Source of the DNA: Candidatus Atelocyanobacterium thalassae
GTDB lineage: Bacteria > Cyanobacteriota > Cyanobacteriia > Cyanobacteriales > Microcystaceae
Length of the DNA stretch: 64,000 nt
Direction of reading: 5' to 3'
NCBI GenBank assembly: GCA_051971635.1
Contig: JBFPLN010000003.1
Span: 512,001-576,000 of the forward strand
The notes below the pieces were generated by a model that was not told where the DNA came from, did not search any database, and was given only the letters and a program-made list of their open reading frames with translations. Positions 20,975 through 32,207 of this stretch are shown here, one piece after another. Position 1 is the first letter of the stretch, and the number at the start of each line of letters is the position of its first letter. A program made the position numbers and the translations under genes.

Positions 20975-22093
20975 ATGCGAATTGCTTTATTCACAGAAAC
21001 TTTCTTACCTAAAATTGATGGCATTGTTACACGTTTATGTCACACAATTAAACATCTACAACGTTCTGGCGATCAAGTTATAGTTTTTTCTCCTAGTGGA
21101 GGAATAGAGGAATATGAAGGAGCAGAAGTTTGTGGAGTTAAAGGTATTCCGTTACCTCTTTATCCTGAATTAAAATTGGCTATTCCTACTCCTATTATTA
21201 GTAGAAAGCTAGAAATATTTAAGCCAGATTTAATACATGTAGTTAACCCCGCCGTTCTTGGATTAGGGGGTATCTATTATGCTAAATCTAATAATATTCC
21301 CTTAGTTGCTTCTTACCATACTCATCTACCTCAATATTTAAAACATTATGGCTTAGGTTCATTAGAAGGACTATTGTGGAAATTGTTAAAGTTAGCTCAT
21401 AATCAAGCACAGCTAAATTTATGTACTTCAACTGCAATGGTAGAAGCACTCAAAAATCATGGTATTCAAAGAGTAGAATTATGGCAAAGGGGTGTAGATA
21501 CAGAAATGTTTCGACCTGGTTTAATATCTAAGGAGATGCGTTTATATTTGTCAGAAGGAAATCCTGATGATTCTTTACTATTGTATGTAGGAAGAGTTTC
21601 GTCTGAGAAACAAATTGATAAGATAAAACCCATCTTAAAGGCAATTCCGAATACACGTTTAGCAATTGTTGGCAATGGCCCTCATCTAGAAACACTAAAA
21701 GAACATTTTTCGGATACTAAAACTCATTTTGTTGGTTATCTTGAAGGACTAGAACTTGCATCAGCTTTTGCCTCTGCAGATGCTTTTATTTTTCCTTCTC
21801 GAACTGAAACACTGGGATTAGTTTTATTAGAATCTATGGCTGCAGGATGCCCTGTGGTAGCAGCTAATTCAGGCGGAATTCCTGATATCGTAACTGATAA
21901 AGTTAATGGTTACTTATTTGATCCTGACGATTCAAATGGAGCAATTTTTGCGACTAAATACCTTCTAGATAGTGCGACTGAGACAGAACAACTAAAAAGG
22001 AATGCTCGTAAAGAAGCAGAAAAGTGGGGATGGCCTATGGCTACTGATCAATTAAGAAGTTACTATAAGACTTTAATTAATCCAAAATTATAA
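20975..22093 (+). CDS. sqdX: GT4 glycosyltransferase, sulfoquinovosyldiacylglycerol synthase SqdX
   Basis: MRIALFTETFLPKIDGIVTRL, ASYHTHLPQY and FPSRTETLGLVLLESMA. ATG at 20975; the ORF extends to a GTG at 20951. Confidence 0.85.
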   Translation: MRIALFTETFLPKIDGIVTRLCHTIKHLQRSGDQVIVFSPSGGIEEYEGAEVCGVKGIPLPLYPELKLAIPTPIISRKLEIFKPDLIHVVNPAVLGLGGIYYAKSNNIPLVASYHTHLPQYLKHYGLGSLEGLLWKLLKLAHNQAQLNLCTSTAMVEALKNHGIQRVELWQRGVDTEMFRPGLISKEMRLYLSEGNPDDSLLLYVGRVSSEKQIDKIKPILKAIPNTRLAIVGNGPHLETLKEHFSDTKTHFVGYLEGLELASAFASADAFIFPSRTETLGLVLLESMAAGCPVVAANSGGIPDIVTDKVNGYLFDPDDSNGAIFATKYLLDSATETEQLKRNARKEAEKWGWPMATDQLRSYYKTLINPKL

Positions 22094-22165
22094 ACTGTAT
22101 TATTTTACTTATGATTATCATTTTGATTAATAAACTTGGATAGTATGCAATGCCCTCCATTAATT

Positions 22166-22236
22166 TAACTTAATATCAACTACTTCGTCTAAGGCTAAAA
22201 AGTAGATCTTAAATTGAAGTAGCTAATATTAAGTTA
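22166..22236. repeat. 21-bp imperfect inverted repeat with 29-nt spacer
   Basis: taacttaatatcaactacttc ... gaagtagctaatattaagtta, 2 mismatches. Confidence 0.65.
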
Positions 22237-22434
22237 TCATGAGCTTTAAACATAAATAATTAGTTTTTTTGAGGCTTAAAATGTATGTTCAAAGCACTTT
22301 AACCTAATAAATTTTTATTCAAAAATTATTATTTTTCAATTTTTAGAAGTGTCTTCTCTTTCATGTAGAGTATATTCTAGAAATAAGTAATCTGTTTACT
22401 AGTTTACTAGTTTAAAATTTAAATTTTATAGATC

Positions 22435-22920
22435 ATGGTAAATATTCGAATTGGTAATGGATATGATATTCATCGTCTTGTATTAGGACGGCCTTTAATC
22501 TTGGGAGGTATTCTAATTCCTCATAAGTTTGGATTACTAGGTCATAGTGATGCAGACGTATTAACTCATTCCATTATGGATGCAATGTTAGGTGCACTAA
22601 GTTTAGGAGATATTGGTCATTATTTTCCACCTTCCGATCCTCAGTGGGCAAATGCTAACAGCTTGGTATTATTGAAACAAGTGAATAAATTGATCAAGTC
22701 AAAAGGATGGCATATTGGAAATATAGATTCAACAATTATTACCGAAAGACCTAAAATAAAGCCTCATATTCAAGTTATTCAAGAAAAACTTTCTCAAGCT
22801 TTAAATATTTCCGAAAATCAAATATCTATTAAAGCAACTACTAATGAAAAGTTAGGACCAGTAGGCAGGGAAAAAGGAATATCTTCTTATGCGGTAATCT
22901 TACTGTTTAAAAGCTTATAG
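22435..22920 (+). CDS. ispF: 2-C-methyl-D-erythritol 2,4-cyclodiphosphate synthase
   Basis: [27 protein letters not shown] and KATTNEKLG. Confidence 0.97.
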   Translation: MVNIRIGNGYDIHRLVLGRPLILGGILIPHKFGLLGHSDADVLTHSIMDAMLGALSLGDIGHYFPPSDPQWANANSLVLLKQVNKLIKSKGWHIGNIDSTIITERPKIKPHIQVIQEKLSQALNISENQISIKATTNEKLGPVGREKGISSYAVILLFKSL

Positions 22921-23006
22921 AAGCTATCATTAAAAATAATAATAACTGAAACTTGATATCTATTCTTTGGAATTGTTATTATATCAAGAGATTTATTGAG
23001 CTGTTC

Positions 23007-25637
23007 ATGCAACCAAACGATTCTGCAAAATTTACCGAACAAGCTTGGGATGCTATTGTAAAATCGCAAGAAGTAGCCCGACGTTTCCAAAATCAAAATC
23101 TAGAGATAGAACATTTGATACTTTCACTTCTTGAGCAAGAAAATGGGTTAACTTTACAAATACTAAAACAATTAGAAATAAATATAACTGAATTTGTCCA
23201 ATATGTAGAAAACTTTGCGGATCAACAACCCAAGTTGATTGTGGTTGATCAACTATATCTAGGAAGAAACTTAGATTTGTTACTAGATACAGCTAATGTT
23301 TTATGCACACAATGGAGTGATAAATATATTGCAGTCGAACACCTTTTAATTAGTTTTACTGAAGATAAAAGACTTGGAGAGCATTTTTTAAAAAGTTTTC
23401 AGTTGAAAAAGCAAGATATAGAAAACACAGTCAAAATAGTGAAAGAGACTCGAAAAATTACTCAAAATGATAAAGACAAACCTTACGAAGCTCTAAGAAA
23501 GTTTGGACGCGATCTTACTGAGCAAGCTAAGCAAGGAAAGCTGGATCCAGTCATAGGCAGAGATGAAGAAATACGCCGCCTTATCCAAATCTTATCTCGT
23601 CGCTCTAAAAATAATCCAGTTCTTATTGGAGAACCTGGCGTTGGTAAAACTGCTATAGCAGAAGGATTAGCACAACGTATTATTAATGGTGATGTTCCTG
23701 ATTCTCTTAAAAATCGTCAATTAATATCCTTGGACATGGGAAGTTTAGTTGCCGGTGCAAAGTATAGAGGAGAGTTTGAAGAACGCCTACGCAAAGTTAT
23801 GCGAGAAGTTACAAGTTCTAATGGACAAATTGTATTATTTATTGACGAAGTTCATACTGTTGTAGGTGCTGGATCACGAGAAGGAAGCTCTATGGATGCA
23901 GGTAATCTTTTAAAGCCTATGCTAGCAAGAGGAGAACTGCGTTGTATTGGTGCAAGCACATTGGATGAATATCGTAAACATATTGAAAAAGATCCAGCAT
24001 TAGAAAGACGTTTCCAACAAGTATATGTGAACCAACCTAGTGTAGAGGACACAATTTCTATTCTGCGAGGACTTAAAGAACGTTATGAAGTTCACCATGG
24101 AGTTAAAATCACAGATGCTGCTTTAGTAGCTGCATCTAAGCTCTCTGATAGATATATAACTGGCAGGTTTTTGCCGGACAAAGCAATTGACCTTGTTGAC
24201 GAAGCCGCAGCAAAATTAAAAATGGAAATTACGTCTAAACCAGTTGAATTAGAAGATATTGATCGTCGTTTAATGCAATTACAGATGGAGAAACTTTCTT
24301 TACAAAGCGAAGAGAAAAGAGCTACTTTGAAAGTTGATTCAGTTTCCCAAAAAAGCTTAGAAAGAATTGAAAGAGAAATTAAGGATCTAGAAAATATTCA
24401 CAAGAGATTGGATGATCAATGGAGACTAGAAAAACAAATGCTAGAAGAAATTAATACTTTGAAGGAAGACGAAGAACAATTAAGAGTACAGGTAGAACAG
24501 GCAGAACGAGCATATGACTTGAACAAAGCAGCTCAGCTGAAATATGGTAGGCTTGAGGCTTTACAAAACAATTTAAAAGAGAAAGAGACAAAATTAATTA
24601 ATATTCAATCTCGAAGTGAGACTCTCTTTCGAGAACAAGTCACTGAAGCTGATATTGCAGAAATAGTAGCTGGATGGTCTGGGATCCCAACCAATCGTTT
24701 ACTAGGCTCAGAAAGAAAAAAATTACTTGAGCTAGAGGGTTATTTACATAAACAAATTATTGGTCAAGAAGAGGCAGTAGCAGCTGTCGCTGCTGCAATT
24801 CGCAGGGCTAGAGCTGGAATTAAAGACCCTTCTCGTCCTATTGGTTCTTTTCTTTTTATGGGACCTACTGGAGTAGGTAAAACTGAACTAGCTCGTGCAA
24901 TTGCTGCATTTCTCTTTGACTCACAAGATGCAATGATTCGTATTGATATGTCAGAATACATGGAAAAACATACCATTTCTAAACTAATTGGTGCTCCTCC
25001 TGGTTATGTAGGTTACGACCAAGGTGGTCAGCTTTCAGAAGCAGTACGTCGTCGACCTTACTCGGTAATTTTATTAGATGAGATAGAGAAGGCTCATGTT
25101 GATGTTTTTAATATCCTTCTACAAATTCTTGATGATGGTCGTGTTACTGATTCTCAAGGTCGTATTGTAGATTTTTGCAACACTATTATTGTTATGACTA
25201 GTAATATTGGAAGTGAATATATCTTAAATATAGTAGAAAATAACAATAACTATGAAGTAATGAGGCAAGGGGCACTTACGTCATTAAGCAAACATTTTAG
25301 GCCAGAATTTTTGAATCGTATTGATGATTTAATAATATTTCATACGCTTCAAAAAGAACATTTGAGACGTATAGTTACTTTACAAATTAAACGCATAGAA
25401 GATTTACTAGAAGAGCAAAATATTTGTTTACAGTTAAGTGATACAGCTCTTGACTATATTGTAGATACTGGGTATGACCCAACATATGGAGTAAGGCCTT
25501 TAAAAAGGGCAATTCAAAAAGAGTTAGAAAATCCAGTAGCTACAAAAATTCTAGATATGACTTTTACTTCTGGTGATATTATATTGGTTGATTTAAAATC
25601 TAATAAGTTATCTTTTCGTAAAAATATAAATAAATAA
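23007..25637 (+). CDS. clpB: ATP-dependent chaperone ClpB (ClpB2-type N-terminus)
   Basis: [18 protein letters not shown], two AAA+ modules ([16 protein letters not shown]) and a middle coiled coil. Confidence 0.96.
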   Translation: MQPNDSAKFTEQAWDAIVKSQEVARRFQNQNLEIEHLILSLLEQENGLTLQILKQLEINITEFVQYVENFADQQPKLIVVDQLYLGRNLDLLLDTANVLCTQWSDKYIAVEHLLISFTEDKRLGEHFLKSFQLKKQDIENTVKIVKETRKITQNDKDKPYEALRKFGRDLTEQAKQGKLDPVIGRDEEIRRLIQILSRRSKNNPVLIGEPGVGKTAIAEGLAQRIINGDVPDSLKNRQLISLDMGSLVAGAKYRGEFEERLRKVMREVTSSNGQIVLFIDEVHTVVGAGSREGSSMDAGNLLKPMLARGELRCIGASTLDEYRKHIEKDPALERRFQQVYVNQPSVEDTISILRGLKERYEVHHGVKITDAALVAASKLSDRYITGRFLPDKAIDLVDEAAAKLKMEITSKPVELEDIDRRLMQLQMEKLSLQSEEKRATLKVDSVSQKSLERIEREIKDLENIHKRLDDQWRLEKQMLEEINTLKEDEEQLRVQVEQAERAYDLNKAAQLKYGRLEALQNNLKEKETKLINIQSRSETLFREQVTEADIAEIVAGWSGIPTNRLLGSERKKLLELEGYLHKQIIGQEEAVAAVAAAIRRARAGIKDPSRPIGSFLFMGPTGVGKTELARAIAAFLFDSQDAMIRIDMSEYMEKHTISKLIGAPPGYVGYDQGGQLSEAVRRRPYSVILLDEIEKAHVDVFNILLQILDDGRVTDSQGRIVDFCNTIIVMTSNIGSEYILNIVENNNNYEVMRQGALTSLSKHFRPEFLNRIDDLIIFHTLQKEHLRRIVTLQIKRIEDLLEEQNICLQLSDTALDYIVDTGYDPTYGVRPLKRAIQKELENPVATKILDMTFTSGDIILVDLKSNKLSFRKNINK

Positions 25638-25723
25638 CCGTAAAATCTACTTATTATTTTAATCCTCTCTACTAAGAGGTTTGTGAGTAAAGTAACAATA
25701 TATGAAAGAATTGCTGAGCTAAT

Positions 25724-26080
25724 ATGACTAACGAGAAAAAGAAATACTCTAGCGAGCTTATGCGTACGCCTCCTTGGGGTACTGTAACTATTTTAGAAGA
25801 AAGTATTCACTATCGTATTAACCGTATCGAGGTTAAGCCTGGTCAACATATCAGTACCCAAATGCATTATCATAGAAGCGAGCACTGGATCGTAGTATCT
25901 GGAACAGCTAAAGTTATTTTTGATGGTAAAGAACATCTTTTAAAACAAAAAGAATCAACCTATGTACCTATGAATACTAGACATCGTATAGAGAATCCAG
26001 GTGTTATTACCTTAGTGATGATTGAAGTACAAAATGGAGAGTATTTAGGTGATGATGATATTATTCGTTTCCCCGAGTGA
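25724..26080 (+). CDS. Cupin protein, mannose-6-phosphate isomerase type II C-terminal-like
   Basis: PWG, QMHYHRSEHWIVVSGTA, HRIENPG and IEVQNGEYLGDDDIIRF. Confidence 0.88.
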   Translation: MTNEKKKYSSELMRTPPWGTVTILEESIHYRINRIEVKPGQHISTQMHYHRSEHWIVVSGTAKVIFDGKEHLLKQKESTYVPMNTRHRIENPGVITLVMIEVQNGEYLGDDDIIRFPE

Positions 26081-26363
26081 CTGACACTAAACATTCGTAC
26101 TCATAGTGAACAGCAATTGTCTCTAGTTAATATTATTTAAAATAAAAAGTAATTAATAGGATTATATAATTTGTCTAATTTTTTATTCTTCAAAAAGTAA
26201 GTGTTCTGGCAATTTTTTATTTTCTATATATCTAACAATGTAATATTTAATATTAAGACGAAATATAAATAACTACTTATATCAATAAAAATAATTTGAT
26301 TATATAAAATCCTTATCTTAATATTACGTTTCTAATTATTTGGGAATAAAATTTAACATCATA

Positions 26364-28079
26364 ATGAAAAAATTATCTCTACTTAATTTTCGATTACTTA
26401 TAGTTTGGACAATTATTGTTTCAGCAATATTTGGATTAATTGGAAAAATTTTCTTGTTACAATTTGTTAAAGTAGCTGAATTTAGAAGAAGAGCGAACAG
26501 TCAACAAAATGAAGAAATACGTATTGACAATCCCAGACGACCGATTGTAGACAGTGAAGGTAATATATTAGCAATGGATACAGAAAAATTCGATCTATTT
26601 ATTTACCGTGATCGGTTACCGAAAGACGAAGATAAAGAAAAAATAGCGAGAGAACTTAGTCAAATAATTAACAAGAATTACGATGATTTAATAAAGTTAT
26701 TATTAGACAAGAGAAATGTAAACAGGGTTGGATTAGATGAAATAACTATACATGAATATCAAAGAATCCTTAATAATACTACAAAAAAGTATAGAAAGGC
26801 TTTTGAGTTCATCAAGAACTTTGATCGCTCTTATCCTCAGAAAGAACTAATGTCAGATGTAGTAGGTTTTGTCAACGATAACCAGCAAGGGAAAGCAGGT
26901 ATTGAAATGAGCCAAAACAATTTATTACACCGGCAAACTAAGTATGTGACAGTACGGAAGACTGGCTCAGGAGGCATTATTCCTACTTCTCTCCCTAAAA
27001 ACTTTTTCAGATCAAACGATTGGAAATTACAATTAACAGTTAATATACGTTTACAAAGAGCTGCACGTTTTGCTTTGAAAGAAAGATTAAATACTTTTCA
27101 AGCAAAACGTGGTGCGATAATTATCATGAATGTAATAGATGGTTCTATACTAGCTTTAGTTTGTGAACCAACATTCGATCCTAATGTTTTTTATAATGTT
27201 AAAGGTGAGTTGTTAAAGAACTGGACGGTTACCGATCTTTATGAACCAGGCTCAACATTTAAACCTATCAATATTGCTTTAGCTTTGGAAGCTGGAGTAA
27301 TAGAATCTAATACTATTATTCAAGATATAGGTTTTATAAAAGTAGATAATTGGAATATTTATAATGCTTCGTTAACAGGAAATGGATTAATCAATATTGC
27401 TGAAGTTCTACAGACTTCAAGCAATGTAGGTATGGTTCAAATAATGCAACGTCTAAACAAAGAAGATTACTATAATAGACTACTAAAATTAGATATCCAT
27501 CAGAAAACCAATATTGACTTACCTGGAGAGGTAAAAGGACAGTTAAAGAGTAAAGAAATATTTACGACAAGTTCTATAGAAGCAGCTGCAACTTCTTTCG
27601 GGCAAGGTTTTTCTTTAACTCCTATTAAGCTGGCACAATTACATGGAGCCTTGGCTAACGGAGGAAAGTTAATCACTCCTCATTTAACAAAAGGATTGGT
27701 AAATCATGAAGGAACTCTAGCTTGGATACCAGAATATAAGTCTAAACAAATTTTCTCTCCTTCTGTGAGCAAAAAAGTTATAGAACTAATGGAAACTGTA
27801 GTTGATAAAGGATCAGGAAGAGCATCTAAAATACAAGGTTATCGCATTGGAGGTAAAACAGGTACAGCTCAAAAGGCCGGTAAGGGAGGATATTTACCTA
27901 ATTCTAAAATCACTAGTTTTGTTTCAGTTTTACCTATAACATCCCCAAAATATTTAGTCTTGGTAGTTTTAGATGAACCAAAAGGAAATAATACATCTGG
28001 ATCAACAGTTGCGGCACCTGCTGCAAAAATAGTAACTGATGCCTTAATATATATTGAAGGTATGCCACCAAATAAGTAA
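26364..28079 (+). CDS. ftsI: Class B penicillin-binding protein (FtsI/PBP3 transpeptidase)
   Basis: N-terminal TM, RRPIVDSEG, RSYP, GKAGIE, and catalytic motifs EPGSTFK (SxxK), SSN (SxN) and GKTGTAQK. Confidence 0.9.
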   Translation: MKKLSLLNFRLLIVWTIIVSAIFGLIGKIFLLQFVKVAEFRRRANSQQNEEIRIDNPRRPIVDSEGNILAMDTEKFDLFIYRDRLPKDEDKEKIARELSQIINKNYDDLIKLLLDKRNVNRVGLDEITIHEYQRILNNTTKKYRKAFEFIKNFDRSYPQKELMSDVVGFVNDNQQGKAGIEMSQNNLLHRQTKYVTVRKTGSGGIIPTSLPKNFFRSNDWKLQLTVNIRLQRAARFALKERLNTFQAKRGAIIIMNVIDGSILALVCEPTFDPNVFYNVKGELLKNWTVTDLYEPGSTFKPINIALALEAGVIESNTIIQDIGFIKVDNWNIYNASLTGNGLINIAEVLQTSSNVGMVQIMQRLNKEDYYNRLLKLDIHQKTNIDLPGEVKGQLKSKEIFTTSSIEAAATSFGQGFSLTPIKLAQLHGALANGGKLITPHLTKGLVNHEGTLAWIPEYKSKQIFSPSVSKKVIELMETVVDKGSGRASKIQGYRIGGKTGTAQKAGKGGYLPNSKITSFVSVLPITSPKYLVLVVLDEPKGNNTSGSTVAAPAAKIVTDALIYIEGMPPNK

Positions 28080-28169
28080 AAGCCTAACAGTCATTAGAAC
28101 TATCTTCTAAATATATAGAATTTAATTATTAAAAGTTAATGACTCAATTTATAAGTCTCATAAAAATAC

Positions 28170-28219
28170 TTTATGGGTTATGTTCAAAAATTATAAAAAA
28201 ATTAAACATAACCCATAAA
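28170..28219. terminator. 15-bp perfect inverted repeat between convergent ftsI and ndhD
   Basis: tttatgggttatgtt ... aacataacccataaa with a 20-nt spacer. Confidence 0.7.
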
Positions 28220-28227
28220 TAAACTAT

Positions 28228-29811
28228 TTAAATATTTGGTGCCCTAAGTATTTCGTTATGAATAGCTGCAACATTAGTTTTTTCAATTAATGTTGGAGCA
28301 GAGTTACGCAATAAAGTGTTTAATTGATCAGTTGTAGCAGTATACATTTGAGTAACAATTTTAGGATATAAACCAATACCAATTATAGGAATTAATAAAC
28401 ATCCAATAATAAATACTTCTCTTGGCTCTGCATCAACAAGCTTCACATGAGATGTTAAGTTTTTATTTTCTGGTCCGTATAGTATTTCTTTAAGCATAGA
28501 AAGTAAATATACAGGAGTCAAAATAACTCCAACGGCTGCCAAAATAATAACAACTATTTTGAAAATAGAATTATAAGCATCGCTAGTAGCAAATCCAATG
28601 AATATCATTAACTCTGCCGCGAAGCCACTCATCCCCGGTAAAGCTAATGAGGCCATTGAACAAGTAGTCCACATGGCAAACATTTTTTTCATCTTATTAC
28701 CAATCCCACCCATTTCATCAAGCATAAGAGTATGGGTTCTATCATAAGTAGCACCAACCATAAAGAATAAGCTTGCACCGATTAATCCATGAGAAATCAT
28801 CTGTAGCATAGCTCCGCTAAGGCCTATAGATGTATATGAAGCAATCCCTATTAAAACAAAACCCATATGAGAAATAGAAGAATAAGCAATTTTTCTTTTC
28901 AGGTTTTGTTGAGCAAAAGCGGTTAACGCTGCATAAATAATATTAACTACTCCTAAAATAATTAGTATAGGAGCAAAGTAAACATGTGCATCAGGTAACA
29001 TTCCCACATTCATTCTTAAGAGAGCATATCCTCCCATCTTTAAAAGAATACCTGCTAGTAACATATGGGCAGGAGCAGTTGCCTCCCCGTGAGCGTCAGG
29101 AAGCCATGTATGAAGAGGAAAAATAGGTAACTTCACACCATATGCAATAAGAAAACAACCATATAATAATAACTGCAGTTTAAGAGGAATATCTTTAGAC
29201 GCAATTATACTCATATCAAAGGTTGTTGTATCACCAAAGAAAGCCAAAGTGAAAGCAGCTAAAAGAATAAATAGAGATCCTCCTGCAGTATATAAAATAA
29301 ACTTAGTTGCAGCATAGAGACGCTTTTTTCCACCCCATATAGAAAGGATCAGATAAACAGGTACTAGCTCTAATTCCCAAACTAAGAAAAAAAGTAACAT
29401 ATCTTGCACAGCAAAAACTGCAATTTGTCCGCCGTACATAGATAACATTAAGAAGTAAAAAAGTTTAGGTTTAAAAGTTACTGGCCATGCAGCCATAATT
29501 GCTAATGTTGTTATAAAACCTGTTAATAATATTAAAGGCATGGAAAGTCCATCGGCGCCAACGGACCATTTTAGATCAAGCTGAGGAATCCAAGTATAGC
29601 TTTCAACTAATTGAAGATTAGGATTTTTAAAATCGTATCCCGTACAAAAAGCGTAAACAATAAAAATAAAATCAATTAATCCTACCGTTAGTGCATACCA
29701 ACGTACAGTCTTACCGTTTTCATCAGGAATAAGTGGTATTAATAAAGCACTAATAATCGGGAAAAGAATAATGGTAGTTAACCATGGAAAATTAACAAGG
29801 TTCATATGCAT
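28228..29811 (-). CDS. ndhD: NDH-1 subunit 4 (NdhD1-type)
   Basis: [45 protein letters not shown] and [14 protein letters not shown]. Confidence 0.95.
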   Translation of the reverse strand: MHMNLVNFPWLTTIILFPIISALLIPLIPDENGKTVRWYALTVGLIDFIFIVYAFCTGYDFKNPNLQLVESYTWIPQLDLKWSVGADGLSMPLILLTGFITTLAIMAAWPVTFKPKLFYFLMLSMYGGQIAVFAVQDMLLFFLVWELELVPVYLILSIWGGKKRLYAATKFILYTAGGSLFILLAAFTLAFFGDTTTFDMSIIASKDIPLKLQLLLYGCFLIAYGVKLPIFPLHTWLPDAHGEATAPAHMLLAGILLKMGGYALLRMNVGMLPDAHVYFAPILIILGVVNIIYAALTAFAQQNLKRKIAYSSISHMGFVLIGIASYTSIGLSGAMLQMISHGLIGASLFFMVGATYDRTHTLMLDEMGGIGNKMKKMFAMWTTCSMASLALPGMSGFAAELMIFIGFATSDAYNSIFKIVVIILAAVGVILTPVYLLSMLKEILYGPENKNLTSHVKLVDAEPREVFIIGCLLIPIIGIGLYPKIVTQMYTATTDQLNTLLRNSAPTLIEKTNVAAIHNEILRAPNI

Positions 29812-30097
29812 TTTCTAAGCATTTATTAATATTTTGGTAATTCACAGAAACAAAAAAGTATTTATCTATTTGCAAATGTGTCAATACCCGTTAGTGTATG
29901 ATCATGGTAATTCTAAAGCTGTGTTAAACACTGTGATATAAAGACTGCCATGTCACTAATAAATTTAACAATATTTTTCAATAGACGCTATAAATGTTAT
30001 TTTAAAAATTTTAAGTTGATTAAAATTATAGTTATTTTTAATATAACTTCGACCAATTTAAATAGTTTTTTATCTTTATTTTTTTTATCAGTTAATT

Positions 30098-31432
30098 ATG
30101 AATTCATCTTTAAACTATTCTGCTAGAGTAAGTAATGTTTTACTTGGTTCTATTGCTGAAGAGGTAGGTTTTGAAATAGGTGATACTCTCATTTCCATTA
30201 ATGGAATAACACCTCGTGATTTGATTGATTATAATTTTTTATGTTCTGATATTTTTTTACTTTTGGAAATATTAGACAATCAAGGAATAGCTTATCAAGT
30301 AGAAATTGAAAAGGATTATGATGAAGATTTAGGTTTAGAATTTGAAACAGCTTTATTTGATGGACTAATACAATGTAATAATCGTTGTCCTTTTTGTTTT
30401 ATTGATCAACAACCTTCAGGAAAAAGAAATAGCCTATACCTTAAAGATGATGATTACCGCTTAAGTTTTCTCTACGGTAGTTATTTGACATTAACTAACT
30501 TAACCAAAAAAGAATGGAAACGTATTGAGGATATGCGTTTATCACCTCTTTTTGTTTCAGTTCATGCAATTGAGCCTGATATTAGAATTAAACTTTTAAA
30601 AAACGAGAGAGCTGGAGAAATTAAGAAACAATTGGAATGGTTCCGAGATAAAAGATTACAAATTCATGCACAAATTGTGGTATGTCCTGGAATAAATGAT
30701 GGTATCCACTTGGAAAAGACTCTATTCGAACTAGCGGAATTTCATACAAAGGAGAATCCAACTGTTATATCAACTGCTATAGTCCCTGTAGGTCTGACTC
30801 GTTTTCGTCCTGAAGGGAATGAGTTAATCCCTGTAAATCAAATGAAATCAGAAGAAGTTATAATGCAAGTTCAATTGTTACAAAAAAAATTTCTTTCTGA
30901 GCTAAATAGTCATTTTGTTTGGTTAGCAGATGAATGGTTTTTAATAGCTAAAAAAGAATTACCTCCTGAATCTCATTACGAAGATTATCCCCAAATTAGT
31001 AATGGAGTTGGTTCTATTAGAAAATTTATTAAAGAATTTTATTTAATATGCCATAAAAAATTACCAGCAAGAATTGATAAAGAAAAAACTTTCATTTGGG
31101 TAGTAGGCAACGCGGTGGAAATAGTTTTTCAACCTCTAGTAAAAAAATTAAATCAAGTTGAAAACTTAACGGTTATCTTAGTTGCACTTAAAAGTGAATA
31201 CTGGGGACAAGAAATTACAGTAACAGGCTTACTTACTGGTAAAGATTTAATATCAGGGCTAAGGAATACATATTTAGGAGATGGAGTTTTAATACCTTCA
31301 GTCATGTTAAAAAGTGATAATGATATTTTTCTTGATGATATGACAATTCGGGACATATCATTAACTCTTAAAACAACATTAATTCCTATCAGTAATATTA
31401 CGGACTTACTTGAAATTTGTTTATTGAAATAG
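30098..31432 (+). CDS. TIGR03279 family PDZ/radical-SAM (DUF512) Fe-S protein
   Basis: N-terminal PDZ-like segment, CNNRCPFCFIDQQP, KDDDYRLSFLYG and TVTGLLTG. Confidence 0.9.
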   Translation: MNSSLNYSARVSNVLLGSIAEEVGFEIGDTLISINGITPRDLIDYNFLCSDIFLLLEILDNQGIAYQVEIEKDYDEDLGLEFETALFDGLIQCNNRCPFCFIDQQPSGKRNSLYLKDDDYRLSFLYGSYLTLTNLTKKEWKRIEDMRLSPLFVSVHAIEPDIRIKLLKNERAGEIKKQLEWFRDKRLQIHAQIVVCPGINDGIHLEKTLFELAEFHTKENPTVISTAIVPVGLTRFRPEGNELIPVNQMKSEEVIMQVQLLQKKFLSELNSHFVWLADEWFLIAKKELPPESHYEDYPQISNGVGSIRKFIKEFYLICHKKLPARIDKEKTFIWVVGNAVEIVFQPLVKKLNQVENLTVILVALKSEYWGQEITVTGLLTGKDLISGLRNTYLGDGVLIPSVMLKSDNDIFLDDMTIRDISLTLKTTLIPISNITDLLEICLLK

Positions 31433-31459
31433 ATTTTAAGTAAGTCCAAGAATAAAAAC

Positions 31460-31969
31460 TTAATTAGAAATATTTTTTACTTTAGGCTTAAGGATAGATT
31501 TAACATTAGGAATATCAGCGGGAGAAAGAAATAGAAGAGATGTGTGTGGGTCTGGAGGAGTTAGATTATAGTGGGGTTTTTTAGATTGTTCTGCTATTTC
31601 GTTTTTTAAAGATTCACTAAAAGAAGCAAGTGGAATTTCATACTTTTTTATATTTTGTAATTCGAAATATTTTTTATTCCATTCAATTGTTTTATTTGCA
31701 GTACAAGCATATATTCCCAACATAATGGTAATTAACCCTACAGTTAATATTGTAAAGCCCTTTTGAGCAGATAATAAAAATTGTAATTCTGAAGGAAACT
31801 GCTTAAAGCTATTTTTTGTAGCAATATTGTCAAGTGCTTGACTAACGTCACAATCGTCAAACTCAATTTTTTCTTTAAAATTATAATAATGACTAAGTCT
31901 CGATCTTACTGTTCTACTTATAGAATTATCTGAGATGTATTTTAGTAAATCATCATATGCATTATTCAT
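31460..31969 (-). CDS. Putative FtsL-like single-pass division protein
   Basis: Cytoplasmic N-terminus, one TM helix (FTILTVGLITIMLGIYA), leucine-zipper-like W..KY.EL..I..YE..L....ESLKNEIAEQ and a Pro-rich tail. It resembles the cyanobacterial protein usually encoded just before ftsI. Confidence 0.6.
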   Translation of the reverse strand: MNNAYDDLLKYISDNSISRTVRSRLSHYYNFKEKIEFDDCDVSQALDNIATKNSFKQFPSELQFLLSAQKGFTILTVGLITIMLGIYACTANKTIEWNKKYFELQNIKKYEIPLASFSESLKNEIAEQSKKPHYNLTPPDPHTSLLFLSPADIPNVKSILKPKVKNISN

Positions 31970-32207
31970 CTTTTATGGAATTTAGTTGTTTTCTAGCTAG
32001 TTAATATTCTCTATTTTTTATTTAGAGCTTTTTGATATTGGCTGACGATAAACATTAAAACTATGTTGCATAACAAAATTATTTATTCAGGGTTCCATAA
32101 GTATTTTAGAAAATATTTTAAATTGATAAGATATATTGTTCGTATCAAGATTTTTCATTATTTATACAATAACAATAATAAAATTTAAACTTTTGGAAGT
32201 CGACTTT

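Noticed and set aside
22887..23096. Short junction-spanning ORFs (22887-23096, 42259-42495, 48292-48498)
   Set aside because: They overlap the ends of real genes and have the composition of random AT-rich frames.
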